Below the pieces are notes generated by a model. It was not told the origin of the DNA. It saw only the letters and a program-made list of their open reading frames with translations, and ran no database searches. Position numbers and translations under genes: made by a program. Shown here in pieces: positions 1 to 12,853 of a stretch of DNA of 64,000 nucleotides; position 1 is the first letter of the stretch, and each line of letters opens with the position of its first letter. Source of the stretch: Octopus sinensis (lineage: Eukaryota); NCBI RefSeq assembly GCF_006345805.1, contig NC_043011.1:10726001-10790000 (forward strand), given 5' to 3'.

Positions 1-369
1 TTTTAATCTCAACTTTAGTTTTTAATCTTTAAATTTAATTTCAATTTTTGGTTTACTTCTATTATATCCTTTCTAACCCTACTTGCAATTTCTTATTCTT
101 GACATAGTTTCTTAGTCTGTTCACATTTTCTCTAGCATTTACAGCAGACCTCTTCACACAAAGATTCTCAGTTCAACTATTGTTTATATATATTTCTCTT
201 CTACAGTCAACTTCCACTTGCATCCCAATTTACACTTGTTTTTTTAAAATCAGTTGTAAATGTGTATTAATTGAATTGGTATCTATAAACTTTTATATAT
301 ACCCATTATTTATATATACCCATTATATATACCCATTATTTATAAAATTTCTTCACTTGTCTGTATTAT

Positions 370-416
370 CACAACAGTCTGATGAAAAGTCACATGAAAC
401 TCTGAGTAACAGTGTG
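370..416 (+). ncRNA. Degenerate minimal hammerhead motif in a Penelope-type terminal repeat fragment
   Basis: CTGATGA(379-385)...GAAAC-TC-T-GA-GTA(396-408) with near-palindromic stem III; stem I imperfect, stem II decayed. Confidence 0.45.
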
Positions 417-557
417 TGAAGTTAATTAGCTTTAATAAAATAGCGTGTGTGTGTGTGTCAATATATTTATATTCTTTTTATCCTTTTTTTGAAGTGTTCT
501 TAAAAACAATTTAATAAAACCATTACAATGTAATGGGTTTCTTAATTTTTTATATTT

Positions 558-563
558 TTTATT
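558..563 (-). promoter_or_regulatory. Candidate polyadenylation signal (AATAAA) of the calpain gene
   Basis: AATAAA on the minus strand ~155 nt past the stop. The context is AT-rich, so it may be chance. Confidence 0.3.
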
Positions 564-717
564 TCATTTTTGCTTTCTTAAGAGAGGGAGTTAGCTCAGT
601 GTGATGTCGAGGGTTGTGAAAAATAAAACAAAAATTAAAAAAAGATTTCTAGCAGGGTACCACCATTTGTAGAGAACAAATATTGTAAATATAAAATTAA
701 ATATGAAGATGTGTGCC

Positions 718-924
718 TCAAAGTGTATCAAGGGCTTCTGATTGTTGGACAATGATCCATAAATACTGTGGATTCTTATCATAATTCCCAGATTTTTCAT
801 CCTTGTTTTGTACAACATAACGAGTTGATGTATTCATGCTTTTATATTTTGACCAATTTGCTCGGGCCATTGGTAGTGTCACATATCCAAGACATCTGTC
901 ACCAAAAAACCGTTTTTCCCAAGC
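718..924 (-). CDS. CAPN5: Calpain-5-like terminal coding exon (C2 C-terminus, TGA stop)
   Basis: tttcttttacAG acceptor; AWEKRFFGDRCLGYVTL...QQSEALDTL* (68 aa + TGA at 720-718); phase 0 fits the previous exon. Confidence 0.87.
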   Translation of the reverse strand, partial: AWEKRFFGDRCLGYVTLPMARANWSKYKSMNTSTRYVVQNKDEKSGNYDKNPQYLWIIVQQSEALDTL

Positions 925-1827
925 CTGTAAAAGAAAGAATTATTATTAAAAACTCTGTGATAATTAGCACAAAGAGTCAGACAAAAACAAAATTATTCTT
1001 AAGTCGCTAAGAACTGGAAAATAATTAAACTTGGCCTATTGGAAGAAAGGACATTAATACTGAGTATTCAGTGAAAACAAAGAGAACTCAATAAAAATGG
1101 GAAGAGTTTGTATTAAGAGGAAATACGTCATTTAAATACATTAGATATGCAACAGTAACTGGAAAAAGTGCACTTTGCTAATAAACTCAATCAACTGACT
1201 AAATGTGTCACTAATCATATTTTACTCGTGTTTAATCAATCTCATTATTAACAGAAGTAATCATAAAAAGGACATAACAGTTCAAGACAGCATAGAAAAC
1301 CTGGCTTCACCAGCTCAATCCTTTGTGCACCAAATTCTTCAGACTTTCTCTATCAATATGTACCTGCACCAACAAGTAGAACAGGGGTCAATTCAAAAGA
1401 AAGACAGTCTTGTCCGACTCTGCAAACTATTAACCTGATCACCAATACTTCCACATTCACACAGGTGGTAACAACAATCATGAAGGGTCACTTCCCTATT
1501 AGAATTGTTTAAAGAATAAAATTACATAATTAGAGTTATTATTTAAGAAGCTTTAGTTGATATTAACAACAACCATGATGATGATGATGATGATGATGAT
1601 GACAGTTTCTAAATTATGCAGATCAGCAGGAATTTTGAAGGTCCATCAACTTCAGTGTTTGACTGGTACTGTTTTTTTTTATTGCCCTTAAAATGCTGAA
1701 AAGCAATGTTGAGCCCAGTAGGAATTGAAAACGACAACAGCAATAACAATATATACATACATATGTATGTACGCATGCACAAATATATATATGACCATAT
1801 ATAAATATAAATATATATATATTGTTG

Positions 1828-1869
<42 letters not shown>

Positions 1870-1870
<1 letters not shown>

Positions 1871-2877
1871 CTAGGCTTGAAAGAAATGAAACTAGCATGA
1901 TCCACTGGATATTTAATGTTAATGTCCATGCACGACAGAGTAAGCGCCTTGAGAGAAATGTTGGGCATAAGAAGCATCGGATGCAGCGTGCAGGAGACGT
2001 TTGCATTGGTATGGTCATGTACTACGGATGGATGAAGAGAGATGTGTGAAGAAGTGCCACTCCCAAACTGTTGAAGGAATCTGGGGTAGTGGTAGACCCA
2101 GGAAGACATGGGATGGGGTGGCCAAGCATGATCTTCGAATGTTGGGCCTCACAGAGGCTATGACGAAAGACTGATACCTCTGGAAATATACTGTGACTTT
2201 GAAGACCCGACAAATGAAGTGAGTTCATGGCTTGCAGGACGGCCTTCTGTGCTTGAGGAGACCTATTGTGTCAAGTTCATCAACATCAAAATAAAAGTCG
2301 TATGGATATTGTAGCTGTGATACCCGTGCCGGTGGCACGTAGGGCCTCACAGGGGAAATGTCGAAGACCGAAACCCCTGAGATATGCTGTGACTGTGGAG
2401 ACCCAACAAATGAAGTGAGTTCATGGCTCTCAGCTTGGCCTGCTGTGCCAACCTTGGATCGTAGGGTGACCTGCTGTGCTTGGGGAGACCTATTGAGTCA
2501 AGTACGTCAACACCAACATCAAAATGAAAATCAAATAGAAATTGTAGTTAAGACACCCGTGCCGATGACACGTAAAAAGCACCGTCCGAACCTAGCAGAT
2601 GCCAGCGCCACCTGACTGGTGTTTGTGTCGGTGACACGTAAAAGCACCAACCAATCATGGCCATTTGCCAGCCTCCTCTGGCCCCTGTGCCAGTGACATG
2701 TAAAAAGCACCCACTACACTCATGGAGTGGTTGGCGTTAGGAAGGGCATCCAGCTGTAGAAACACTGCCAGATCAGACTGGAGCCTGGTGCAGCCTCCTG
2801 GCTTCCCAGACCCCAGTCGAACTGTCCAACCCATGCTAACATGGAAAACAGACATTAAACGGAGATGATGATGATGA

Positions 2878-2882
<5 letters not shown>
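1870..2882 (+). mobile_element. RTE-clade LINE, 5'-truncated 3' fragment with (GAT)n tail
   Basis: RT C-terminal remnant (LERNETSMIHWIFNVNVH), 3' UTR shared with the 18055-20305 copy, (GAT)n end. Confidence 0.8.
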
Positions 2883-2925
<43 letters not shown>

Positions 2926-2941
2926 TATTTATTTTATAGAA

Positions 2942-2994
2942 GGAGCTTCTACAGGACTAGAACTGTTTCATTCAGATGAAATCTTCAGGAAGCT
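2942..2994 (-). ncRNA. Type I hammerhead ribozyme motif (probably Penelope-derived), calpain last intron, sense strand
   Basis: Minus strand: AGCTTC-CTGAAGA-tTTCatctGAAt-GAAACAG-ttctagtc-CTGTA-GAAGCT; intact core, 6-bp stem I, 4-bp stem III, GUA triplet; stem II opens with a U-U pair. Confidence 0.7.
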
Positions 2995-3299
2995 GGCTGT
3001 CAAAATAAGTTCTGGTATTTATGCATTTAGGCAGATTTAATGGAGTGGTGGTGGGGGACGTTTTTTGGGTAGGTTGGTATTTAGGAGATAAACAGGGCAC
3101 AAGCTATTGTTCTTAGGGGAGTGGTCAAAAGGCCAGAGTGTTTTTTGAAATGAGAAGAATCAGTGAGAAAATAAATAAATGAATAAGTAGAATAAATGAA
3201 TAGAAACAGATATATAGGATGGGATTTTAGGTAAATTAGAAGACAATTGCTTTTTGGTGGTCAAGAAGAGGTAGGCAGTTTGTTATTGTTAGGTGGAGG

Positions 3300-3453
3300 G
3301 AATAAATAGATAAATATACATGAAAAAACATAAAAAATATAAAATATACATGAAAAAACATAAAAAATATAAAATATACATACAAACACACATACATACA
3401 CATGCGAATATACATATGTATACATACATACGCACACATATATACATACATAC

Positions 3454-3484
<31 letters not shown>

Positions 3485-3493
3485 CATACACAT

Positions 3494-3524
<31 letters not shown>

Positions 3525-3541
3525 CATACATACACCTACAT

Positions 3542-3601
<60 letters not shown>

Positions 3602-3680
3602 AAATACACATAAGTATACATACATAAATATACCCATGTACATATAAACACGTACATAAATATATATATATATATATAGT
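3300..3680. repeat. (TA)n/(TACA)n/(CA)n microsatellite with a short direct duplication
   Basis: Direct reading; catgaaaaaacataaaaaatataaaatata occurs twice at ~3320-3378. Confidence 0.9.
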
Positions 3681-5640
3681 TATATTTTGGGATGGTCATT
3701 TTGTTCTTTTTAATTTCCTGTATAGATACATGTGCTATATGTTTGTTCTTCACTCATTTATTACTGTTATTATTTTATCTTATGTCCATTGTCTGGAAAT
3801 CTTTCATCACACATCTGTAACCTCTTCAGTGACCCTTTCCATCCACATGCATTTGCGTCTGTATCTGTATGTGTGTGCATATGCATGTCTATGTGTTACA
3901 CATGTGTGTGTAAATGGGCCATGTCAGTCTCAGGAGGAGGCCCAGTTCTACTGTGTCAACACCACAAAACTCCACATCGTTCTCATTGATCTCTGACATG
4001 TGACAAGGATTACTTAGATGAACATGACCTCAGTTGTTTCTGCCCCGCTAGATCAGTAAGAAGTAAACTCCCTACTATAACCTCAATGACCAAAAAGACC
4101 CCTAAAGAGACAGATGGAGTTATACAGTTATACAGACTCCCAAAAACGACAATTTTAAGTTAAAAAGATTGTTGCACCTGAGATGGGTGTGAGTATTAGT
4201 CACACACACTTATGGGTCACATATTCAAGTTTAATAACAAGAAATATATACCCAAGCGGAAGGTGCAGCCATCGGTCAGTATTGCTAGTGATGTGGCTAA
4301 CCTTTATATGGTTGTGTGAGATAGGAGATTCATATCAGCAGGGAATTCCATAAACCTAACCATGTACTACCGCTATATAGATGACATCAACATAGTGGAC
4401 AAAGCAACCCCCACAAGATAATGTCAGGATCTAGAAGCTAGCACTATGGAGAGCATCCAGCAAATAGCTGACTTCATCCACCAGAGCATTAAGGTAATGA
4501 TAGACTACCCTAACAAGCCCCTGAACTATAGGCTACTGGTTTTAGATGGGACTCTGTATGGAGAACAATTGTATATGTAGTATGAACCTACAGGTTAACT
4601 GTAAGATTAGGAATGTAGTCTATATCTTCCAGTATAAGGGGTGGGGGCAGAAACAAGACAGCGACTTAGATTGGGGAGGCAGCATGCAGCATAGGGGAGT
4701 GAATAGGGGAACACTAGCAGGAACTCAAAGAAAAAAAAGGTCCTCAGTACCCTACCAACATGCTCAAGGAGAACATAGAGTCTTGGTTAATAACATAGAA
4801 GTTAAGGTATTATCAACACATAGAACTGACATGATGTTTAGATTACAGAGGCCACGCACGTAGTAATAGGCAGAACTGAGCCTCAACAGAAAACACAAAT
4901 GGAACAATAACGCCCACCCCCACCCCACCCCCACCATGCAACATGACAACCAAAGACAGAAGAGGAAAAAAAAGACAAATATTCACATTCCAAAGATAAA
5001 TATAAGAAATACGGATTGATAAACAAAAAAATATTATATAAAGATATTTGTATCTTTAGTAAGCAAACCTGTGTTCACACACAAACACACATATAGTAAC
5101 TTCACAAATGGCCGCAGCAACAACAACAACAACCATGGTAGCAACAACATGAATGAACACACAAAGAAAGAAAGATACAAGAAGAATATCAAAAGTAAGA
5201 GTGAAGACCAGCAGAAGAGAAAACGTAGATGAGGGTCAGGTGAAAGTAGCACTAAAAACAATATAAAGAACACGGGATAAAGAGTGTAGTGGGCAAGCCC
5301 ATATACACACACATAAACACACATGCATATGCACATGTACAAACACGCTCACACACACATGCATACAGATGCAAATGCATGTGCAGATATGGATACACAT
5401 CATAGAAGGACATAATGGACTAAACTGAGCAGGAGGATGCATGTGGATAGAAAGGGTCGCTGAAGAGGTCACAGATGTGTGATGAAAAATTTCTGGACTG
5501 TGGACATTAGATAAAATAAGAACAGTAACAAACAAGTGAAGAACAAATATATAATGCATGTGTTTATTTGGCCAAAAGAAATAGAAAGACCATCCCGAAA
5601 TATAACAATATCTGTTTCAACACACGCTTTCACATCAGGA
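3680..5640 (+). mobile_element. Penelope-like element (same family as 35365-38270), internally deleted, with inverted terminal repeats
   Basis: RT remnants at ~3990-4560 match the 36241-37743 peptides; 3680-3900 is the reverse complement of ~5400-5640; decayed hammerhead cores at 3791-3836(-) and 5454-5498(+). Confidence 0.7.
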
Positions 5641-5769
5641 ATCTTGCAACATAAATTCATAGACATATATATATACACATGCACACACATATGACATCAT
5701 AATAATTTATTTATATGAATGAACAGTGAAATGAGAAAAGCTTCTTACAATGCAGAGATGAAAGTTGAA

Positions 5770-5988
5770 AAACCTTTATATTTTGGGTGCAAAGGGCCAT
5801 CTTCAGAAGTGTGTGTCTACACGGATCCCGCTAGTTGGATTGCAGGATGGGCAATGACTCTGTTTTAGTTCAGTGCTTGTACTAGAAACAGCAGCTTCCC
5901 GTATGATGATGTTGTTGATGCCACAAAGGTCGGGAGTGGGGGAGATTGTACACTTCCGAAGATGGACCTTTGAACCCAAAATCTAAAG
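5770..5988. repeat. Palindromic element with ~45-bp arms, each resembling a decayed hammerhead core
   Basis: aaaaacctttatattttgggtgcaaagggccatcttcagaagtgt vs acacttccgaagatggacctttgaacccaaaatctaaaggttttt. Confidence 0.6.
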
Positions 5989-6238
5989 GTTTTTCCTCTT
6001 TCGTCTTTGAATTGTTAGAAACTTTCTTTATTTCTTTTTTGCTTCATTATTCTACTTCTGTACTACAATGCTTCAATCGAACTACAACACTCTTATATAT
6101 ACATATGTGTGTGTGTGTGTGTGTTTGTGTGTACATGCATACAGGAATATAAAGGACAGAAAATCCTTAACATGTGTGTGTATAGATGTATGTCTATATA
6201 CGTATGTATATATATATGTATGTGTGTGTGTATTTTAC

Positions 6239-6372
6239 CTCAACTTTAACATCTTCTTCAGGCTTCTTTCTAAAGAATGTTGCTCGAGTATTCCAATTGA
6301 ATTCTTCACTTCCCTTAACGCTGGGAATTTTCTGCTTCTTTTTCTCACACCGTATTATACAGTATACTTTAT
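6239..6372 (-). CDS. CAPN5: Calpain-5-like internal exon (C2 domain)
   Basis: gttgcAG/GTaaaa; (H)KVYCIIRCEKKKQKIPSVKGSEEFNWNTRATFFRKKPEEDVKVE resembles the CAPN5 C2 Y-x-IIxCE...FYRKK segment; 134 nt, phase 1 to 0. Confidence 0.88.
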
Positions 6373-7373
6373 CTGCAACATAAACATTTCCAAGAAGTAG
6401 ATGCAATGTCAGAACAGTGGGGTTGAGGGAAGGGTATATGGTAAACTGAGGAATATAGAAAACCAACCAATAAATAAACATTACACACATACACACATAC
6501 AAATAAACTCACACACAGACTTAAATATACACACACACACAAATACTCATATACATACAGACACACACACACTCACATACAAACACATATACAGACATGT
6601 ACATGCTATATATGACTGTAAAAGGCAAAGTCACGCGTCAAATCTTTTTGTTGGTTGTTTTCCTTTTCTTGTTTATGCCGGAAGGAGAAAGCAGTGGCTG
6701 TGATAAGAGAGGTGAAAGAGAGAGCAAGAAATCATTACAAAGCAAGTTATATTAGATATATCAGTATATACATAGGAATAAGCAGTTTGTGAAACAGGAA
6801 ATCATGCATGCAGACAGTTCAATACAAGGTAGGTTAGAAAGAAAAAAAGGAGTTAGAGTGGAAGAGATAGCACAAGCAGGTTAAGTGGGAAGGAAAGAGG
6901 GTTAAAAACTTTAGACTAAAGGGAGGAACTGTGACCAGAGTCACAGAGGCAAACCTGAATGAAATACCTACACAACAGGAAGTTTGTCTTTTAAGACACT
7001 CAATAATTCAGATTTTTATACAAATATATTAACCTCTGATATTTTCCTACTGCTCTTCTCAAATAGAATCCTTCAATCACTGTATTTTATGATACATTCT
7101 AATTCCTTACATATCATTAGTTGCTTAGGTGTTGTGCTTAGTGTGCTTGTGTTATGTGTATATGTGTGTTATGTGTAGGTGGACATCAGTTGAGATATGT
7201 GTGTGAGTGTGTATTATATTATGATATAACTAACATATTGCTCACATCAATCACATTTCTTTGATAAATGCTAAATGATAATTTCCTCATTGCACAACTA
7301 TCAATATTCAGATTTTCTATTCCTGCCATTAAGCAGTTGTATGATAATTTACATTATTATTATTATTATTATT

Positions 7374-9190
7374 TATGCACAACAGATTAAATTGTTACAA
7401 ATAAAATTCCTACAATGCCAAGAGCCTTCCTAAGTATCTTGTGTGTCCCTAATAATACTGTTTTCTGGAGCTGCACTAAATTAGGTTTTATGCCTGTTTC
7501 AAATTTTCAAGAAAAATTTGTAATGCACTTACAACTACAGGGATACATTTCACCAGCACTTTCCATAGTCTCTGTAACTCAATCACTAGATCCTGGTACT
7601 TTGATATTTTCACTGTACCTCTCATATTCACTTTTTCATCGTCTTGGGCTGTAAAGTCAATTACCTGACACTTTCTATTCTTTTTGTCCACTACTGCTGT
7701 TAGTTTCTATTAGTCTGTCAGTCTCAATGTTAAAATCACACATCTTATATTTCTTTCTAGTACTTTATTAGGTTCATGTTCATACTATTTATCAGTATGA
7801 TCAAATCCTAGCTTTCTACATAATACTCAGTGGATTATTCTCCCTAGGTTGTCATGTCTTTTCTAGTATTCCTTCAGTACCACTATACAATATTCACTAA
7901 CTAGCTTACAACGGGAATCTACCTGATTTTTTTTGTCTATCTTGGCTTTTATCCAGTTAGTCCTAAATGCCTGATCCTATGCTGCTACTAACAGCCTTCC
8001 TTTCTGTAACCACAACTATGTCTCACTACTACTATTTTCTGCAACTATCTTTAAAAATCTAACATGCAAAACTTTTTCTTGCCAGTCAGATAATCTTGCT
8101 TCTTTTTCATGGTTTTCACTACATTTGGTGTTTTGGTTCCCCTATCTCCTACTGTTATACTAGCAGCTCTTAATAAATTTTCTCTTTATTACCTACATAG
8201 GGGGCTATATCTACTCTAGTTAACTCCATACAGTCTTCCATTGATATTAAACCTCTACCGCCTTCCTTTCTAAGTAAATATAGTCTTGCTACTCCTGATC
8301 TAGAATGAATTCCTCCATTCATAATGAATTCTTTCCTAGTTCATCTGTCTAGATTTCCCAATTCCAATTTTGTTCAATCTACAAAAGCTGCTGAATATCT
8401 AAATAACGATGCTGCCCAAGTATTTACAGCCTTCACTAGATTCAGACCGTTTAGCTTTGATTTCATTAACTTACTCATTCTTCTCTACCATTTCTATAGT
8501 TAGTACTCTGTAAGATTCTAACACTCCTGCATACCTATAACTTCCTCCTTTCAGCATTTTTAATGTTTGGCCATCTGGTAACTGAATACCTTCACTACTG
8601 ACTACCTGTCTCTCTTTTATAACTAATATTGCACACTTATTTATACCATATTCCATAACTATATCTTTGCTGAAGAGTCTTGCACTTGGAATTAAAGAAT
8701 CTATTTTTTATTTTTACTAAAAAGTTTTCGATCGTCCATGTAGAGAAAATGGTTAATATCCTGCCTTTGCTTTGCTTAATACTAAACTGGTATTAAACTG
8801 GTTAACACAAATATCAAAGGGGATAAAGAGATTCCCTGGAAAATTCCCCCCAACATTAACTTGCCCTAATGTTGTGTCACCTGAGTAGAGATCTACTTTC
8901 CATTTCTTTATGCTATTAAGCTAATTAACTCTCTTATATTGTCTGCAATACTGAATTAACTCAAACATTCACTTATCCACTTATCACAGCCTATCTTATA
9001 CTCTATCTTATACTCTATCCATGTTATTGTTTTCCCTTGTAGCTTCCTCCTTGGCTTCACTTATATCCTTTATCCATCTTACTTCATTCTGGTTTTTGTG
9101 TTGTTTAGCTATTTTACTTTTTGGTCTTTCTTTTTTAGTTCCCTTGCAAAATCTTCTAACTCTAATTCTGCCATTCACTTATTTCCCCTA
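7374..9190 (-). mobile_element. R4/Dong-type RLE non-LTR retrotransposon, decayed, 5'-truncated
   Basis: Remnants of GIFQGxSLSP, NHFLYMDD, MEYGINKCA and RLE-end KYQDLVIELQRLWKV...IPVVV; 3' end abuts (TAA)n at 7353-7373. Confidence 0.75.
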
Positions 9191-9214
9191 ATAGCATCAG
9201 ACTGGTCCACTAGT

Positions 9215-10185
9215 CTCTGCTGGGCAAAGTTCAGAGAGCTGCTACCTCTGCTGGTAACAAAGGGTGTCTCACTCAGAGTGAATGGCAGACTGTATGATGC
9301 ATTTATGTAACAGCCATATAGCATGGCAGTGAAAGATGGGCTGTGGCTGCCAAGGACATGCATAGGCTTGAAAGAAATGAAGACGACAGAGTGTAACAGT
9401 CTTGAGAGAAGCATCTTGGGCATAATAGGCATCAGATGTGGTGTGCAAGAGAGACAACTGTGCTGGTATGGTCATGTGTTGCATATGGGTGAGGACAGCT
9501 GTGTGAAGAAGTGTCACACCCTAACAGTGGAGGGAACCTGTGGAAGAGATAGACCCAGGAAGACATGGGATGAGGTGGTGAAGCATGACCTTCAAACATT
9601 CGGCTTCAGAGGCAATGACAAGTGACCGAGACCTTTGGAGATATGTGCTTGAGAAGACCCGGTTAGCCAAGTAAGATCGTATCCGTGGCCAATGCCAGCA
9701 CTGCATAACTGGTGTATTTAAAAGTACTCTTCAATCATCGGGCAATATGTTGTTCTTGAGAAAACCTGTTGAGTCAAGTGAAATCGTTGTCAGTACCACC
9801 TGTGCCAGTGGCACATAAAAAGCACCATTTGAGCATGGTCAATGCCAATGCCGCCTGGCTGGCTCCTGTGCCAGTGGTACATAAAAAGCACCATCCAAGC
9901 CTTGTTGATGCCAGTGCTGCCAGACTGGCTCCCATGCTGGTGGCATGTAAAAGCATCATTCAAGTGTTGTTGTTGCCAGTGCCGTCTGACTGGCACCTGT
10001 GCCAGTAGTACATAAAAAGTGCCCACTACACTTTTGGAGTGGTTGGTATTAGGAAGGGCATCCAGCTATAGAAACCTTGTTGGAACAGATTGGAGCCTGG
10101 CACAGCTTCCTGGCTTGCCAGTACTCAGTCATACTGCCCAACCCATGCCAGCATGGAAAGTAGATGTTAAAAGATGATGATGATT
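9215..10185 (+). mobile_element. RTE-clade LINE 3' fragment
   Basis: WAKFRELLPLLVTKGVSLRVNGRLYDA, RPRKTWDEVVKHDL, shared 3' UTR, (GAT)n tail. Confidence 0.85.
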
Positions 10186-10269
10186 TTCTGTAACCTCCTA
10201 CTTTGGGCCAAATTTCCCAAGTAACACTGCATTACTACTTTGTTCTCTTCACTTGTCCATTTTCATTAT

Positions 10270-10835
10270 TATTATTATTGAGAGAGAGAGCAGTACGTGT
10301 CATCAAAGTGACACTGGGGTAAAATATATGAAGTCCAGTATACCCATCATGACTACCTGTCTGATAAGGGTATGCCAGGCACATGCATCACAACCATAAA
10401 TGCGTGACATGGTGATCTCATATCAAGATAAAGAGCGCATGACCTTGCAGGTGGGGCCCAGTTAGAATTTTCTTCAGATTGAGTTGCCTATCCCAAAAGA
10501 TCCCTGAATAAAGTTTGTTTAAAGATGCTGAATGAAATACCCATATTTCCAGAGGTGAATAATTCAAACTCCAAAGAATCCCTCTCAACACATGGCTATG
10601 ATGCTCCCCCACTACTTCTGCTCATGATCAGAGATGCACACATCGTCAGCCAATAAGGGACATGCTCAACTGGTTAAGGTCAAACAACTGACAAGCAAAT
10701 CTGTGGTATTGAGCAGAATATTTGCTGTAGGCCATCTTTTATACCAAAACAAAACAATGTACATGATAACACTTCCAATCAGTTAAGATCAGAAGCCATG
10801 AGAGCCACTGCCTGGTGCTGCATCAGAGTATAGCC
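10270..10835. mobile_element. Non-coding interspersed repeat (SINE-like), resumes at 12805-12853 after the hAT insertion
   Basis: Its first ~150 bp recur at ~54225-54375; it ends in (ATT)n. No coding potential seen. Confidence 0.5.
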
Positions 10836-12804
10836 CAGGCACGTAGGTACGGGGGTTATGGGGTGCTCAGCACCCCCAGTTAGAATCTCAGCCCCTCCAC
10901 TCCAGTATGAGAATTTGTTTTATCCACTTTTGAAATAATACCTTGTTGCCACCTTCTTTTTTCTCATAAGCAATATCTAAAGTTGCTAAAGATGCAATAA
11001 ATTGAATTTCTTTTGATTTGGTAGTTAGTGATATGAAAATGTGGGTAAATTAGAGCTGGTCAAAATGTTTGTTGTAGCTGTAATTGTTGTCATAGAATTA
11101 GCTGCTGACCCGGTCATCAACTGTGGGTTGAATTAAGGAGTGGGTGATACTGGGTCAGTTGTTTTTATTGTTGCTGCTTTTATTGGTTTTTATTGGTGCT
11201 CGTGGTGGCGACGGCGGCGGTGCTGGTGATTATCCTTGTTGCTGTTGAAAAGTATGTGAAGAATTGTTGCTGTAGTTAGAGATTTATGGTAGTAAACGCA
11301 TCACTACACATGTATATATATGAAGAGTCAAATAAAAGTCATTTTATTTCTAAAGGAAAGAAAATTTTTGAAATTTCCCAAAATATTTTTTCAGAAAGTA
11401 TTTTTCAGAACTTTCACTGAATAATTTTTCTTACTCTTTGAACAAAGTTTATGCTGAAATTATTTTGTGTTTAACTAAAAAAGCATAACTTTGAAGAAAT
11501 TGAAAAAAAAAATTGCTTGAACCAAAATCTCTTTTGAATTTAATTTTAAAATACATAAATTTTAAGAAATTGTTACTCTTAGAATTAATTATTGCGAATA
11601 TCAGTGCCTCAAAATAATGAATCACTACCGAAAAAGCAAACTGAAACAATCATTGCTGAATTTCCAATCTGATTCATCTAATAACGCTTAGCAGAAGTGA
11701 ATTGCAAACAAAGTTTCGCAGCTCAAGGGAGGTCTTGCAAAGTCTTTGACACTCTCATTGGATGATCTAGGACAGGTCGACTGCCAACCAGTGCAGCCAG
11801 TTCTAGCAAAGTTTGATCCAAAAATTTCATGGAAATCAGAGACGTGACTTCTCGTCAAGCTGGTCAAATTGGTCGTTTATGGTTAGAGTATTCTCTTTCA
11901 AAGAAAGCCTTGTCTTGTTTTGCTTGTCGGCACTTTAATTCTTCTGCTCAAGATGATATTTGTTTTATTAAAAATGGATATTCTTATTGGCATCATGCAA
12001 AAGACAAAAAATCAAAGGTTTAACATGGAAGGAACGCCAACAGTGTTTATCCACAACAACATCCGTGTCTTCAATCTTGCAAAATGTCTTCAATCAGTTG
12101 AGCAAAAACCATTATTATATCAGTTCCATTGTTGATATTGTTCATTTTCTTTGTGCAAACAAATTGCCTTTTCGAGGAAACAAAAATGAAGCTTTTCAGG
12201 ATCTTTATTCGGAAGATGATACGTAGCCTTGTGGTCTTTTTGTGAAATTATTCCAGTACACATTAGAGAAAAACTCAGAGCTAATGGAATGTTACAGCAC
12301 GATTCCAAAAAAAATGCGACCTCAGCAGCAATGCAAAATGAAATCATTGAATTGTTGAGAAGACCTAGTCAACCTCGTGGTCGATGTTTATTTGAAATTA
12401 TATAAAAATGATGTTTAAAGATTTGACTGTTATCTCTAGCATGTAGAAAGACCTTTTCATCTTAACTATGTGCTTGTTGAAAATCATTAAAAAAAATATT
12501 GGAGTCGATACATTCAACTAAAAATTTTTCAAGGTGATGCCCCTGCATGGCCTCAGTTTAATGATTGCAACAAGTAAAATGAAAATAAAAACGAAATATA
12601 TCAGAAGTTTTAACCAGGTTAGACATCATGAAATGTCAAAAAAAACAAAAAAAAAACAAAAAATAACCGAAAAATCGAAAAATATATGCAAGGGGCTTTT
12701 GTCCACTTTCCCACTTTAAGTAGGAGCTTTTGTCTGTACACCTGTTCAGCACCCCCAGCTATCAAGATAGCACCCTCAGTTGCAATCAGCTGGCTACATG
12801 GCTG
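10836..12804 (+). mobile_element. hAT DNA transposon deletion derivative with 8-bp TSD
   Basis: TSD GTATAGCC at 10828-10835 and 12805-12812; imperfect TIRs CAGGCACGTAG / CTACATGGCTG; transposase relics WLEYSLSKKALSCFACRHF (TTF zinc finger) and FLCANKLPFRG. Confidence 0.85.
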
Positions 12805-12853
12805 GTATAGCCACTGCCTGGTACTGCATTAGGGCATTATTATTATTATTATT

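Noticed and set aside
9780-10030. CRISPR-like repeat-spacer appearance
   Set aside because: These are degenerate tandem units of a LINE 3' UTR in eukaryotic DNA; the spacers are homologous to each other and there are no cas genes.
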